Origin: the human T2T-CHM13v2.0 reference genome, Homo sapiens
Assembly (NCBI RefSeq): GCF_009914755.1
Contig: NC_060943.1
Reading direction: 5' to 3' (one strand)
DNA: 64,000 nt
This document shows, one piece after another, positions 42,391-64,000 of this stretch. Both the position numbers and the translations under genes were made by a program. The notes below the pieces were generated by a model. That model had not been told where the DNA came from and did no database searches. It saw only the letters and a list, made by a program, of their open reading frames with translations. Numbering within the stretch: the first letter of the stretch is position 1; each line of letters opens with the position of its first letter.

Positions 42391-44355
42391 GTGCGAGGAA
42401 AGTCATCAAAACATCAAAACTTGGCGTGCATGTTACAGAACCTTAAGAAAGGTTTTGCAGGGGTTATAGAGTTAAGATTAAGATTATAGAGTTAAGATTA
42501 TAGATTATAGAGTTAAGTTAACCCCCTCAGAGGTTGAGAACTTTCTGTGAATTAGAATGGCCCTCTTTTGGTGTTGGATGGCGGAGCAAACGAACTATAG
42601 ACAGGGAAAAATTGGCCATGTATTTAGGGTGGTGACAGGGGGTGGAGGACTGCCAGTGTACCCAGATGAAATTCCTTTATATTGACTCGTGGTTAAATAT
42701 AATATAGACAAAACCAGCATAGATCCAGCCCTGTTTAATGGCTTATTGCAAAAAAAGCCAAAAGTGAAAGTAAGAGCAGCTTCACTGGCAGATACAGAGT
42801 TAAACGGGGAGTCCCAGAGAAAGCAAGAGAAGCCAGTTTTGCAGGAGCTGCCAGAGGAAACAGAAGTTCTTCCTCCATATGTCCCAGCCTACCCCCCTTT
42901 ACCGAGGCCAACAGCCCCCCCAGGAACAAGATTCAGGAGCTAACACGCCCCAGGTCTTTCCTCGAAGGGGAGGATCAGGCCCTTGAGAGGCTAGGGAAGG
43001 AAGTCAAGACAGTCAAGTGGGCCATTTCAGATCTGGCCATGCTCAAGCTGTGCAAATGCCTCTCAGGGAGAAGATAGGACCTATCTATTATGATGACCAG
43101 GGCCACATCCAGAGGGGGGCAATGGACTTATATCTATCAGCCCTTTTCAATTACTGATCTACTAAACTGAAAACACCATACACTGTCCAACATGGAGAAG
43201 CCTCAAGTTCTTATAGATCTGATGCAATTCCTCTTTCTGACACACAATACGACCTGGCCAGATTGCAGGCAGCTTTTCCTAATGTTGTTTAACATTAAAG
43301 AGTGCCAGAGGATGACACAGGTGGCTCTCCGCTGGCTAGAAGCCCATGCACCAACAGACATAGTGAATGCTCAGGCATACGCTCAGGGTCAGTTCCCAGA
43401 CCAAGACCCCAACTGGGACCCGGAGGATGCAACTCAGCTTCAGCGTTTGCAGAGGCACCGAGAGGCACTTCTGCAGGGCCTAAGAGCTGGTGGAAGGAAA
43501 GCAATTAATATAAGGAAGATTTCAGAAATGCTTCAGGGAGCTGACAAGAGCCCAAGTTAGTTTTATAAGAGACTCTGTGAAGTATTCTGCCTTTATACCT
43601 CATTTAACACTGAGGTTGCTGAAAATCAGCCTGTGGTGAATACAGCATTTGTAAGCCAAGCCCAGGGTGACATCAAGGGGAAGCTGCAGGCATGAATACC
43701 ACCCAGTCTATAAAAGTGGCCAAGGTGTATGTTAACTGTGACCAGGGAACAATATGCAAAAGCAACAAGTGTGGCAGCTAGGCATTCCAAGGGTTAACTC
43801 CCTCTCCCCAGCCCGGCTCTATTTGGAACGAGACGAGGGTGGAGACTGGCACTGGGAGAAGAGCGGAGAAGGTAAGGAGAAAGAGTGTGAGAAGGGAAAG
43901 AAGAAAGTAAAACGGAAATCAGAAAGAAACAGGAGAGACAGACAGCAAGCGTGTCAGTAGGGTCCGTACTCTTGCCCAGACCCACCGCTGGCTGCAGAAG
44001 CAGGAGAACTCAGGAAGGAAAAAGGAAAGTAAATTGAAAGTTTAAGAAAAAGGCCAGTCTGTTGGCAACAGCTCTTATGGAAAGAGAGATTAGCAATGTG
44101 AGAGGACTTGGACGTGGACGCAGACATGGAAGAAGTCAAGTTAGGCAGAAATTCAAGAGCCGGACAAGGCTGGAAAGAGATTAATGTGTGAGAAGCAAAA
44201 AGAAAGGACCCTGGAAAGATGAATGTTCAGAAGGCAATGACGGAAATGGCTAAGGCAGCGAGACAAAGAGGCCATCGGTCAAGGGCTGCCGCACCTTTGA
44301 GGAACCAAATACTGATCTGATTGGGCTGCCAGGAGCTGAAGGATGTAAAGACTAA
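42391..44355 (+). pseudogene. ERV gag, disrupted
   Basis: CELEWPSFGVGW-like MA segment, PPY late motif, capsid THNTTWPDCRQL...FPDQDPNWD; many stops. Confidence 0.85.
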
Positions 44356-44388
44356 GACAGATCGGGCACCTTCTCACTAGGCTTCCAG

Positions 44389-45170
44389 GAGCCCATGGTC
44401 ACATTAGAAGTTAAAGGCATTATCCTCAGGTTTGGACTGTCTCTAACTTTAAAGTCAGACAATGGACTGGCATTTCTAGCTGAAATAGTGCAAGATTTAA
44501 CAAGACTGTTAAAAATAAAATGGAAGTTACATACAGCCTATTAGCTGCAAATTTCAGGAAAAGGTGGAATGCATGAACCAGACACTCAAATAGCTACCGA
44601 AGAAATATTGCCAGGAAATTCATTTGAGATAGAATCAGGTGTTTGCATATGATCCTCCTCCAAGTCAGGTGCACCCCCACCAAACAAATTGGGTATTTGC
44701 CCAGTAAGATTTTGTTCAGTCAGGCACCCCCAAATCAAAAGTCAAATTAAAGGTGCCCTCCAGTAAGTAGGGGAATTAACCTTAAGAAAGAGATGCAGGC
44801 TTTAGGAATAGCCATACAAAGTGTTTAGAATTAGGTACATGAAAATGCCTATAAGCCTGACACCCCTTTAAATCTGGTGACTGTTTAGGTTAAAAAGTAG
44901 AATCTAATTTCTCTAGGACTCAAATAGGATGAGCCCTCTACTGTAATCTTGTCCACTCCCACTGCTGTTAAAGTTTCAGGTGCTGTGTCTTGGATCCACC
45001 ACAGTCGGCTAAAACCGGCAGCTCAGGACAAGTGAACCAGCCAGCAGGACCCAGATCATCCAACCTGGCTGATCCTGAGGCGAGACCAAGCTGCTGCTGA
45101 GGACAACAGCCCTGCTCTGGTCACTCCAGAGGCTGACCAGTCTATGCATGGCTGAAGCTTGAGGAAACAA
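44389..45170 (+). pseudogene. Protease start fused to integrase C-terminal half
   Basis: EPMVTLEVK|GIILRFGLSLTLKSDNGLAF...WKLHTAY; later LSTPTAVKVSGAVSWIHHSRLKP. Confidence 0.85.
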
Positions 45171-45355
45171 CAAGCCCTGCTCTAGTCACACACCAGAAGC
45201 TGACTAGTCTATGCACGGCCAAAGCTTGAGGACTCATCAAGCAAGTAAATGCAGTTAGAAATCTTAGGACTAGTAGTTTTACTGTATACTAACTGTTTGA
45301 CTGTTGTTCTGTCCCTGTGCTCAACCTTTTTCCCAGGTGAGGACCTCTTTTGCCC

Positions 45356-47434
45356 TTGCTGGATATGAATATGCTGTACATTGTTTTGTTGTCGTTACTC
45401 CTCTTAACCATTCTAGAATAAACACCTATAGAAGGGTGTCTCCACTGTACACATACTACTTGATTAGGGAACAGTATAACTAGAACCCTATTGTACTATA
45501 CTTATGAGTGTACAGGGACTCGATTAGGAACTTGTACTTATAATCAGACCACCTATTCAATTTGTGACCCAAGAAATGGTCAGCCTTATATATGCTGTGA
45601 CCCTGAGTCTTTACCTGGGACTCGGTTGGAGATTCATACTGAGTCAAAGGAAAGAAGTTTTATAGGTCAAACCCAAGCCTCTCTTCCTGGAACTATATGC
45701 ATATACTTTGATATTTGTCAGTTAACATCTATGAACCCAAACTATCTCACAATCTCTGGTCCTACAGAGTACTATACAAACTGCCAGTACAAAATTGTGT
45801 GTGCACCCTCTGTTTGTCCTTCCAAGGCCCTAGCAATAGCTTGCTGGAACTGTACAATGCAGTTCACTGACTGATCATCACCGAGGTCAAAGCCAATCTT
45901 GCTCATCAAAGTACCAGCAAAACTGGATTGTAAGACAAGCACTTGCAATCCTGTAAGTCTTACTATCTTAAAGCCAGATCTACCTATATGGACTACAGGT
46001 TACTCCATTGCATTACAAAGCTATGGTCAAAAAACTAAAATAACTTTGTATATTCTAAAGAGGACTCAAACCAAGCAGTCAGCCCAGCAGCAATTCTGAG
46101 TCTTTAAGTCATTCTTTGAGCATATAAACCAGAAGTTACCAGAGCCTCCTCCTTTAGGCAAAAACCTATTTGCTCAGCTGGCTGAAAACATTGCCAGCAG
46201 CCTAGGCGTTTCCTCATGTTATGTTTGTGGAGGGACTAACATGGGAGACCAATGGCCTTGGGAAGTAAAAGAGTTAATGCCTCAAGATAACTTTACTCTG
46301 ACTCTTTTCCCAAACAGATGCGCACAGGTTCAAGCGTCTGGCTCTTAAAAACTTCTATTATTGGGAGATACTGTGTTGCTTGCTGGGGAAAGGATTTTAC
46401 AGACCCAGTAGAAGAACAAACCTGCTTAGGACAGCAATATTATAATGAACCATTAAGGAAAACTTTGTGGTGGGACAGAGATGACTACAAAGCACATCAT
46501 CCAAATTCGTTCTCCCATTTCTCTTCTCTAAATTACACTTGGTATCAACTTGCAGCTCCAAATACTTGGCAAGCACCCCCGGTCTTTACTGGATCTGTGG
46601 GCCTCAAGCATATTGACAGTTGCCAGCTAAATGGACAGGGGGCTGTGTGCTTGGAACAATTAGACCATCTTTCTTCCTGCTCCCACTGCAACAGGGGAAA
46701 ACTTTAGGGTATCCTGTCTATGATGAAGTTAGAAGAAGAAACAAAAGAGATGCAGCCATAAAAAATATATAAAACATAGGAGATTGGGAAGACATAGGGA
46801 AGTCCCCTGAAAGAATAATTCAATACTATGGGCCAGCTACCTGGGCACAAGATGGGTCACGGGGATACTGCACTCCTATTTACATGCTTAACCACATCAT
46901 AAGGTTGCAGGCAGTACTTGAAATCATCATGAATGAAAGAGCAAATGCATTAGATTTACTGGCCCAGCAAACCACAAAAATGAGAAATGCTAACTATCAG
47001 AACAGATTAGCTTTAGATTACCTCCTAGCCCAGGAAGGAGGAGTATGAGGAAAGTTCAGTCTAACTAATTGTTGCCTGGAAATTGATGACAATGGAAAAG
47101 CAATTATGGAAATAACTGCAAGAATGAGAAAATTAGCCCATATTCCAGTTCAAACTTGGAAAGGGTGGTCCCCAGATTCTCTCTTTGGAGGCTGGTTTTC
47201 ATTTTTCACAGGGTTCAAGATTTTAATAAGGGTGGTTCTGGCCATACTAGGAACTGCCTAATACTCCCTTGTGTCTTACCTCTGCTTGTTAGAAGCATTC
47301 AATCAACTATAGAGGAAATAGTAGCTAGGCAAACTACCACACAGCTCATGACTCTGTGTAAATATCAAGCTTTGTCTAAAGAAGAAAACTTGTCTCTTCA
47401 GGCAGAACTAAGTAATAGTGATGACTTCTATTAA
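45356..47434 (+). pseudogene. ERV3-like env, full length but with stops and frameshifts
   Basis: MNML..EGCLHCTHTT; ECTGTRLGTCTYNQTTYSICDP; [14 protein letters not shown]; RNKR furin site; [20 protein letters not shown]. Confidence 0.9.
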
Positions 47435-47468
47435 ACTTCTTTCATAAAAGGCATCAGAAAGGGGAAAC

Positions 47469-48050
47469 TGAGGCAGGCATTTAAAAATAATAAGTACTAC
47501 AATTATTCACTCCAAGAAAAGTAAAAGCTAAGGCCCAGAATGTGGCAAGACAAGGATTAAAAAGAAAAGAACACGTTTTCCTCTGCCTAGCAGCTCACTT
47601 CAAGAACAGTTAGAAGATAACGCTGTCTGTATAGCCAAGGCCAAAGGAATGGACTCCAGGCACCCCCCTCCCTTCCAGAGCAAGGTTGAAGGAAGAAAAA
47701 AAAAAAAAAGAGAAAGACAAGTTATTTTACTGTTACTCTTTTCCCAGGCTTCTTAAGCAGGATTATGTTTTACAAATGTCTGTATTTCGCCAGTTCTTGT
47801 TTTCCTTCTAATGCAGCTACAAGGCCACTGGCTAGGTCACAAGTAATGTTATACTATAGATTACATGACCTGTCATTGTATGATTAACTGCTTTTGTTTT
47901 GCTTCTGAAAGGCCGCTTATAAAAACCCCACTCTGTCTGTGTTCAATGCTCAGCTTTTGGATGTGAATCCTCTGAGCCGGTGCACAACTAAAATAAAAAA
48001 ATCCTCCTGTACTCTGTATTGGTCTCTTAATTCCTCAGTTTACTGCAATA
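47469..48050 (+). mobile_element. 3' LTR
   Basis: Direct repeat of 40967-41541. Confidence 0.92.
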
Positions 48051-49539
48051 AAAGTACTGTTTTTCTACTTTTTTCTAAATTTACCTGTAATATAAAATTG
48101 TTAGCTAAGAAGACTTTATCTTATTCAAATATGTTTTATGGGATTTCATTGACATTTAAGTGTCTGAATTATCTGGAGTACTTACATTTTCCATTAAGCT
48201 AAATTGAGTACTACAGATAATCTTTAACTAAAAGCTTTTCTGAGGCAGAATAAGATTTATAACATTTTATTATCATATGAAAGAAGTGTATTAACCATGT
48301 TTTCAGTAATCACTCTGAACACAGCATTCTCAGTTCCCAGTATGCACCCTGAGTCACTCAGGGGAAACTGGTTTCTCTGTAAAGAGGCAGAAGAAAATGC
48401 TGAGTGGAGGCACCACACTGCACAGCAATGCTTTCCACATGCACCTATGAGGGTCTTCATTTAATTGGGCTGATATTTGCATGGCTAGATACTTACTGAA
48501 TTTAGTCATACTAGTTTTTAGCAGCTAATGGCTTCTGTTACCCATTAATTTTATACATTGGCTTTTTTGAAAAACAAGTCATTTGTTAATTTACTCTAAA
48601 TTGAGACATTTACAACTTCATTTTTTCAGTGTTAAAGCAAATCAGAGAAGAGCAATGTGTGTATATAGTGTGCATTTTCCTGCCTATCAAAATTCTTCCT
48701 TCATTGCCTTGGAAACCCTGGGCAGCCACCAATAAAATACTCCCTTTGAATACTTTAGCAAGGATTTTAGATTTCAAAAGGTCAAAAACAATCATTGAGC
48801 AAAGCCAAAATCTTGTCTTTGTTTCTTGCTAATTATCTGGCCATTTCCAAAAGCATGGAAATTACGCCAAGCCATTGAAAAGATGTGGTTTTGATTAATT
48901 TTATCCCATGTCAAATGTTTTCTCTAATTGTTACTTTTGTCATGTTAATCTAAAACAAACCATCTACATAACTAATCATGCATTCAATATTCATGTTAAG
49001 GTGTTTACAGTTTAATGTTATATTACAGTATAGTAGAATCCTCTATAATTAGAAGTTAATTATTTATAAATGTATTGTTTTTAAGGTTTTTCAAAAGTGA
49101 AAACAAATAATTAGGAATGCTTTTTGAAATAAGTTCAATTCTAGGACATTACCCACTGGTCTTCATGGTATTTCTGTAATGAATACTGTAAACCTGGGTC
49201 ACCAGAATGGTGCAGACATGCTGATTGAATTAGAATGAGTTCAGCCTTGTTGGTAGACTATTGGTATCCCAGAGGCTGATCATTCACTACAGCTTACTAA
49301 ATGTAGTTCCATAATGCCAGTGAGCACTTTTACCCAGGTTACCTTTTTCCTTTCATTAATGTGGACCTGTTGTGGTCTCCTGTTTTTCTTAAGCTATCCC
49401 AGGTGAGAGGTGATTATTTCTTGCATGAATGAGATTCCCTTTTTTTCCCTCTGCCATAGGATCCTCTTATTCTCCCTACTGGAAGCAACATGCAGAAGGT
49501 AGAAATGATGGCAAGATACAAATACGTTTCCTGCCATGT

Positions 49540-49830
49540 GGCCACCATAAGCAGCTTACAACATGGCTCACCTAGAAGTCACTTACTTTCAGGCCAGCAG
49601 GGGTGTTTTCTATGATGTGTCTCTTTCTCTTAAAAGCACTTCTGATTAAGTTTAGCACAATCAGGATAATCTCCATTTTGGTAAACACGAAGTCAACAGA
49701 TGAGTAACGTAATTTCATGAGTGATGTCCCACCACAGTCACACACTTTTTTACACTCGAGAGTATTACACAGCAGGTGCGCAACAGACTGGGAATCCAGG
49801 GTATTATCTTAAAATGTTGCCTACCCACCT
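49540..49830 (-). mobile_element. MLT1-type LTR fragment
   Basis: ACTTTCAGGCCAGCAG...CTGATTAAGTT..AGGATAATCTCC...TGCCTACCCA. Confidence 0.55.
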
Positions 49831-50478
49831 GAATAAACTTTTAAAATAGTCTTTCTACTGCTTTTGTTATCTACATAAACAAAAATGTCATCTGCAAATA
49901 ATAACTACTTTCCAGTTTTATTCATTACAAATATTAACTAACATCTTTTTTTCTGGCTTAAATTATTATTCCTTTATGTGTCATTTTATACATTCACACA
50001 CACATAGAACAATAAAAATGTATCCAATTATTCAATTTTGGTTAAATTTTTATTAAAATAAGCGTTAAAAATAATTTTTTGAGTGTGTTTGAAGAGGGCT
50101 TTTATTGTTGTACTCAAGAGTGTTATTTCTGGAGACAAAGTTGCCTGTGCTTTAATACACGGATTCTGGGGAGAATCCGAGCCATAAGCCATAAAATTTT
50201 ATATTAATAAATTCCATACAAAGCAGAAAGTATACATTTGCTTTCAGCATATTCAAGGTGTTTAGTTTTCCATTAATCACCTAAAAACTTATTTTGTTCC
50301 AATAATTGTGTTTTCTTCTGAAAATATGTACAAATGCATATTTACCAAACACTCACTTCATAATTTTCTTACACCTAAGGTTTATCTTCAGAGGAATATG
50401 TGTATATTTCACTCTATGAAAATTAAAAGTCTTTACGTTTGCAGGCAGAGTGACCACATGTTCAAAGAAACTATATAA

Positions 50479-51383
<905 letters not shown>

Positions 51384-51429
51384 ATATTCTATTTATATTT
51401 CTGTATAATTTTTATTATGACCATTAAAA

Positions 51430-51650
51430 TCACCCTGTAGTCAATTACAATTTAATTGGACATTTAAAAGTAACTAAAAGTGTATAATTACACTGTTTGG
51501 AATAGAAAGGATAAATGCTAGAGGTGATAGATACCTTATTTACCCTAATGTAATTACTACATATTGTATGCCTGAATCAAAATATTCTCTATAAGACATA
51601 TATACACATACTATATACTCACAAATAGTAATAATAAATTAAGAAAAAAG
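51430..51650 (+). mobile_element. L1MA 3' terminal fragment
   Basis: CATTTAAAAGTAACTAAAAG...GGATAAATGCTAGAGGTGATAGATACC. Confidence 0.7.
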
Positions 51651-51866
51651 ATTAAAAATTTAACTAACAGGAACAATATTCTTCATTTGCAGTTTACTGG
51701 CAAAGTGATTACTAGTGATGACATTCCACTACATACCAAATAGTATACTTCTTCCATCTTTTGCTTACACCATTTGAGTAAGGCCGGATAGGTTAAAGTT
51801 AGTGGCATAATAATGCTTCATTAAATGCACAATAGTTTTAAGATGGCAAAAAATAAAATAAAATTA

Positions 51867-52160
51867 GGCTGGACATATTGGCTCACACCTATAATCCCAA
51901 CACTTTGAGAGCCCGAGGTGGGTGGATCGCTTGAGCTCAGGAGTTTGAGACTAGCCTGACCAATATGGGGAAACCCCATGTCTATTAAAAATATAAAAAT
52001 TAGCCAGGCGTGATGTCACGCACCTGTAGTCCCCACTACTCGGGAGGCTGAGGCAGGAGAATTTCTTGAACTTGGGAGGTGGAGGTTGCAGTCATTGTGC
52101 TGAGACTGCACTGCTGCCCTCCAGCCTGGGTGACAGAGCAAGACTCCATCTCAAAAGAAA
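51867..52160 (+). mobile_element. Alu
   Basis: Sense Alu. Confidence 0.9.
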
Positions 52161-52879
52161 AGTTAAGTAAGTAAATAAAATATAAGTTAAGTTCACACAT
52201 AATCTAACAATTTTTAAATATATTGCATTTTATTACGTAACAGTAAAATTAGTAAAATAATTGATATACTTTAATTTATAATTTCTTTCTCTCAGTATAA
52301 TGTAGAAAAGTATTACTCTGAACACCTACCTTAAACATTACTTAATATAGGTTAATTACAATGAGCCTCTCCACTTATATTTTTGTCATGCATCTTACAT
52401 TTTAATGTCCTTACTGTTTTATAGAAAAGGTCATAAAGAATGCCCAACTAATAAAGAATCTCTAATATCTCTGATGCAGCAACAATTGATCACATACTTT
52501 CACGTGAATATAATAAAGTAACAGCATAATTTGAAAGCTGTATTACATCATTATTCACTTTTCAAAAAAATTGTTTTCAAGGAAACAAATATACTTTCAA
52601 TGTAATTACAAAGCTTCAAAAAATCTCCTTTTAAAGTTATATACTAATTTACACAAACTTATATACAAATTTAACAACTTTAGTTGTGAATTCATTTATA
52701 TACTCAACACTCTTATTTAATGTAATGTCTGAAGTGTCAGTGCCTTAGTTATTCTGTAAATTCTGATATTTACATACAATTAATTTTGAATTCAATATTT
52801 TTTCATGTTTACTGCATCTGCAAAAATATATTTTAGTATAAACTCTGCTGTTTTCTAAGCTGCAGTTTTTTTTTTTTAA

Positions 52880-55477
<2,598 letters not shown>

Positions 55478-55784
55478 TCAATTGGTAGACTCAGATAAAT
55501 ATAAATAAATATATGCAGTTTGTATAGTTTTATACAAACTACATAAGCAAGATGACACAGGAAAATACCACAAGCTGTAATTTCTTCCTGGACATATGAA
55601 TTTAACAAAAACATACTGATCAAAATACATTTGTAAAAAACTTATAAATAAGTTGTGAAGGGCCCCAGGTGAGCAAAATGCAAACGGCCAAATAGAAGAA
55701 ATAGAAAAGTCTGTTACTTATACACAACACAGCTGGTTTTGCTCTCCAGTATAACATTGTTTCTTTAAAAGTAAATTGTTGACT

Positions 55785-56973
<1,189 letters not shown>

Positions 56974-57573
56974 TTAAAAGGAAAAATGATGTAAACATGA
57001 AAAAGCTGAAGAAACAAACTAGGATACACACAAAGATATTTGTAACAAACACACATACAAGCAAACCTTCAAAAATCATAGATAAGAAGAGAATTTTAGG
57101 AGCTGTAATGTAGGCAGATGTAATGATGAAGAATTTTTGTATTCAACTGAAGTTTATTTTTTACCACATTCAAATATATTGTTGGATCTTTTAGAGGTTT
57201 TATGTAATCTCCCAAAGTACCACTAAGAAAATATTTGTATGGATACACAAAAGAAAATTTAAAAAATCCTGGAAAAATACCAATACAAAAAGCAAAAAAC
57301 CACGAAAACCACAGAAAGAAAAGGAAAGACAAAGATATAAGAATCAAATAAAACAAATAATAAAATAACATTAGTAAGTTTTTCTCTTTCAGAAAACCAT
57401 TTAAATATATATATAATTATCTTTCCAATCAAGAGATATACTTTCAATAAACAGGTTTATTAAAAAATTTTAAAAATCAAGAGTCAACTTGCCTTTCTAC
57501 AGGAGTCAGTTGAGATCTACTGACAAAAAAAGACTGAAAGTGGCAAGACAGAAGTAGAATTTCATGTAAATAT

Positions 57574-63741
<6,168 letters not shown>

Positions 63742-64000
63742 TCATGTAAATATTATCAAAACAAGAGGAGAAGGGGTCAAAATAATGTTACACAAGCTAC
63801 AAGTTAAGTTAAAAACTGTCATACTTTATAAAGTGTATTTAAGTCAAAACTTCAAAAAGACAAAGAAGGACATTAGATTCATTCACTGGGAACCTATTAC
63901 AAATTTGTATATACATGTGTGTATTTATGTGTGTGTGTCTCATATTGGGGTTTCAGCTATATAAAGCAAATACTAACAAAACTGAATAAACACAAAGAGA

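Larger units (their letters stand above)
40967..48050 (+). mobile_element. ERV3/HERV-R-like (HERV3 group) provirus, 7084 bp, most of pro-pol deleted
   Basis: Paired LTRs, 4-bp TSD AAAG (40963-40966 and 48051-48054), PBS, gag, integrase tail, ERV3-like env, PPT at ~47457-47468. Confidence 0.93.

Noticed and set aside
45100-45235. ~67-bp direct repeat at the pol-env boundary
   Set aside because: From recall, this is a normal feature of HERV-E/ERV3-group proviruses.
45356-47434. Co-opted ERV3-like env gene
   Set aside because: Stops near the signal peptide and multiple later stops and frameshifts.

Overview
Primate, most likely human, genomic DNA from a ZNF91-subfamily KRAB zinc-finger cluster. 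The only intact protein-coding sequence is the terminal C2H2 exon of a minus-strand gene that I recognise from memory as ZNF626 (chr19p12); its KRAB exons lie beyond the right edge. The rest is mostly transposon-derived: about 45 Alus, several old L1s, a full-length L1PA3/4-type element in the ZNF intron, a 7.1-kb ERV3/HERV-R-like provirus with pol deleted, a MER57 LTR plus internal sequence, solo LTRs and an env remnant. There are two decayed host genes: a V1R vomeronasal receptor pseudogene split by an LTR, and a fragment resembling the short histone variant H2A.L. An ~8-kb array of five diverged ~1.3-1.9-kb units, each carrying a variable 32-bp CCAAT-rich minisatellite, is not explained by the common repeat families. 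Other notable items are an exact 48-bp inverted templated insertion in an Alu, a 264-bp foreign insert in the ERV gag, and a ZNF626 finger array that seems to differ from the reference protein as I recall it. Repeat subfamily names are recognised by eye and were not checked by search.
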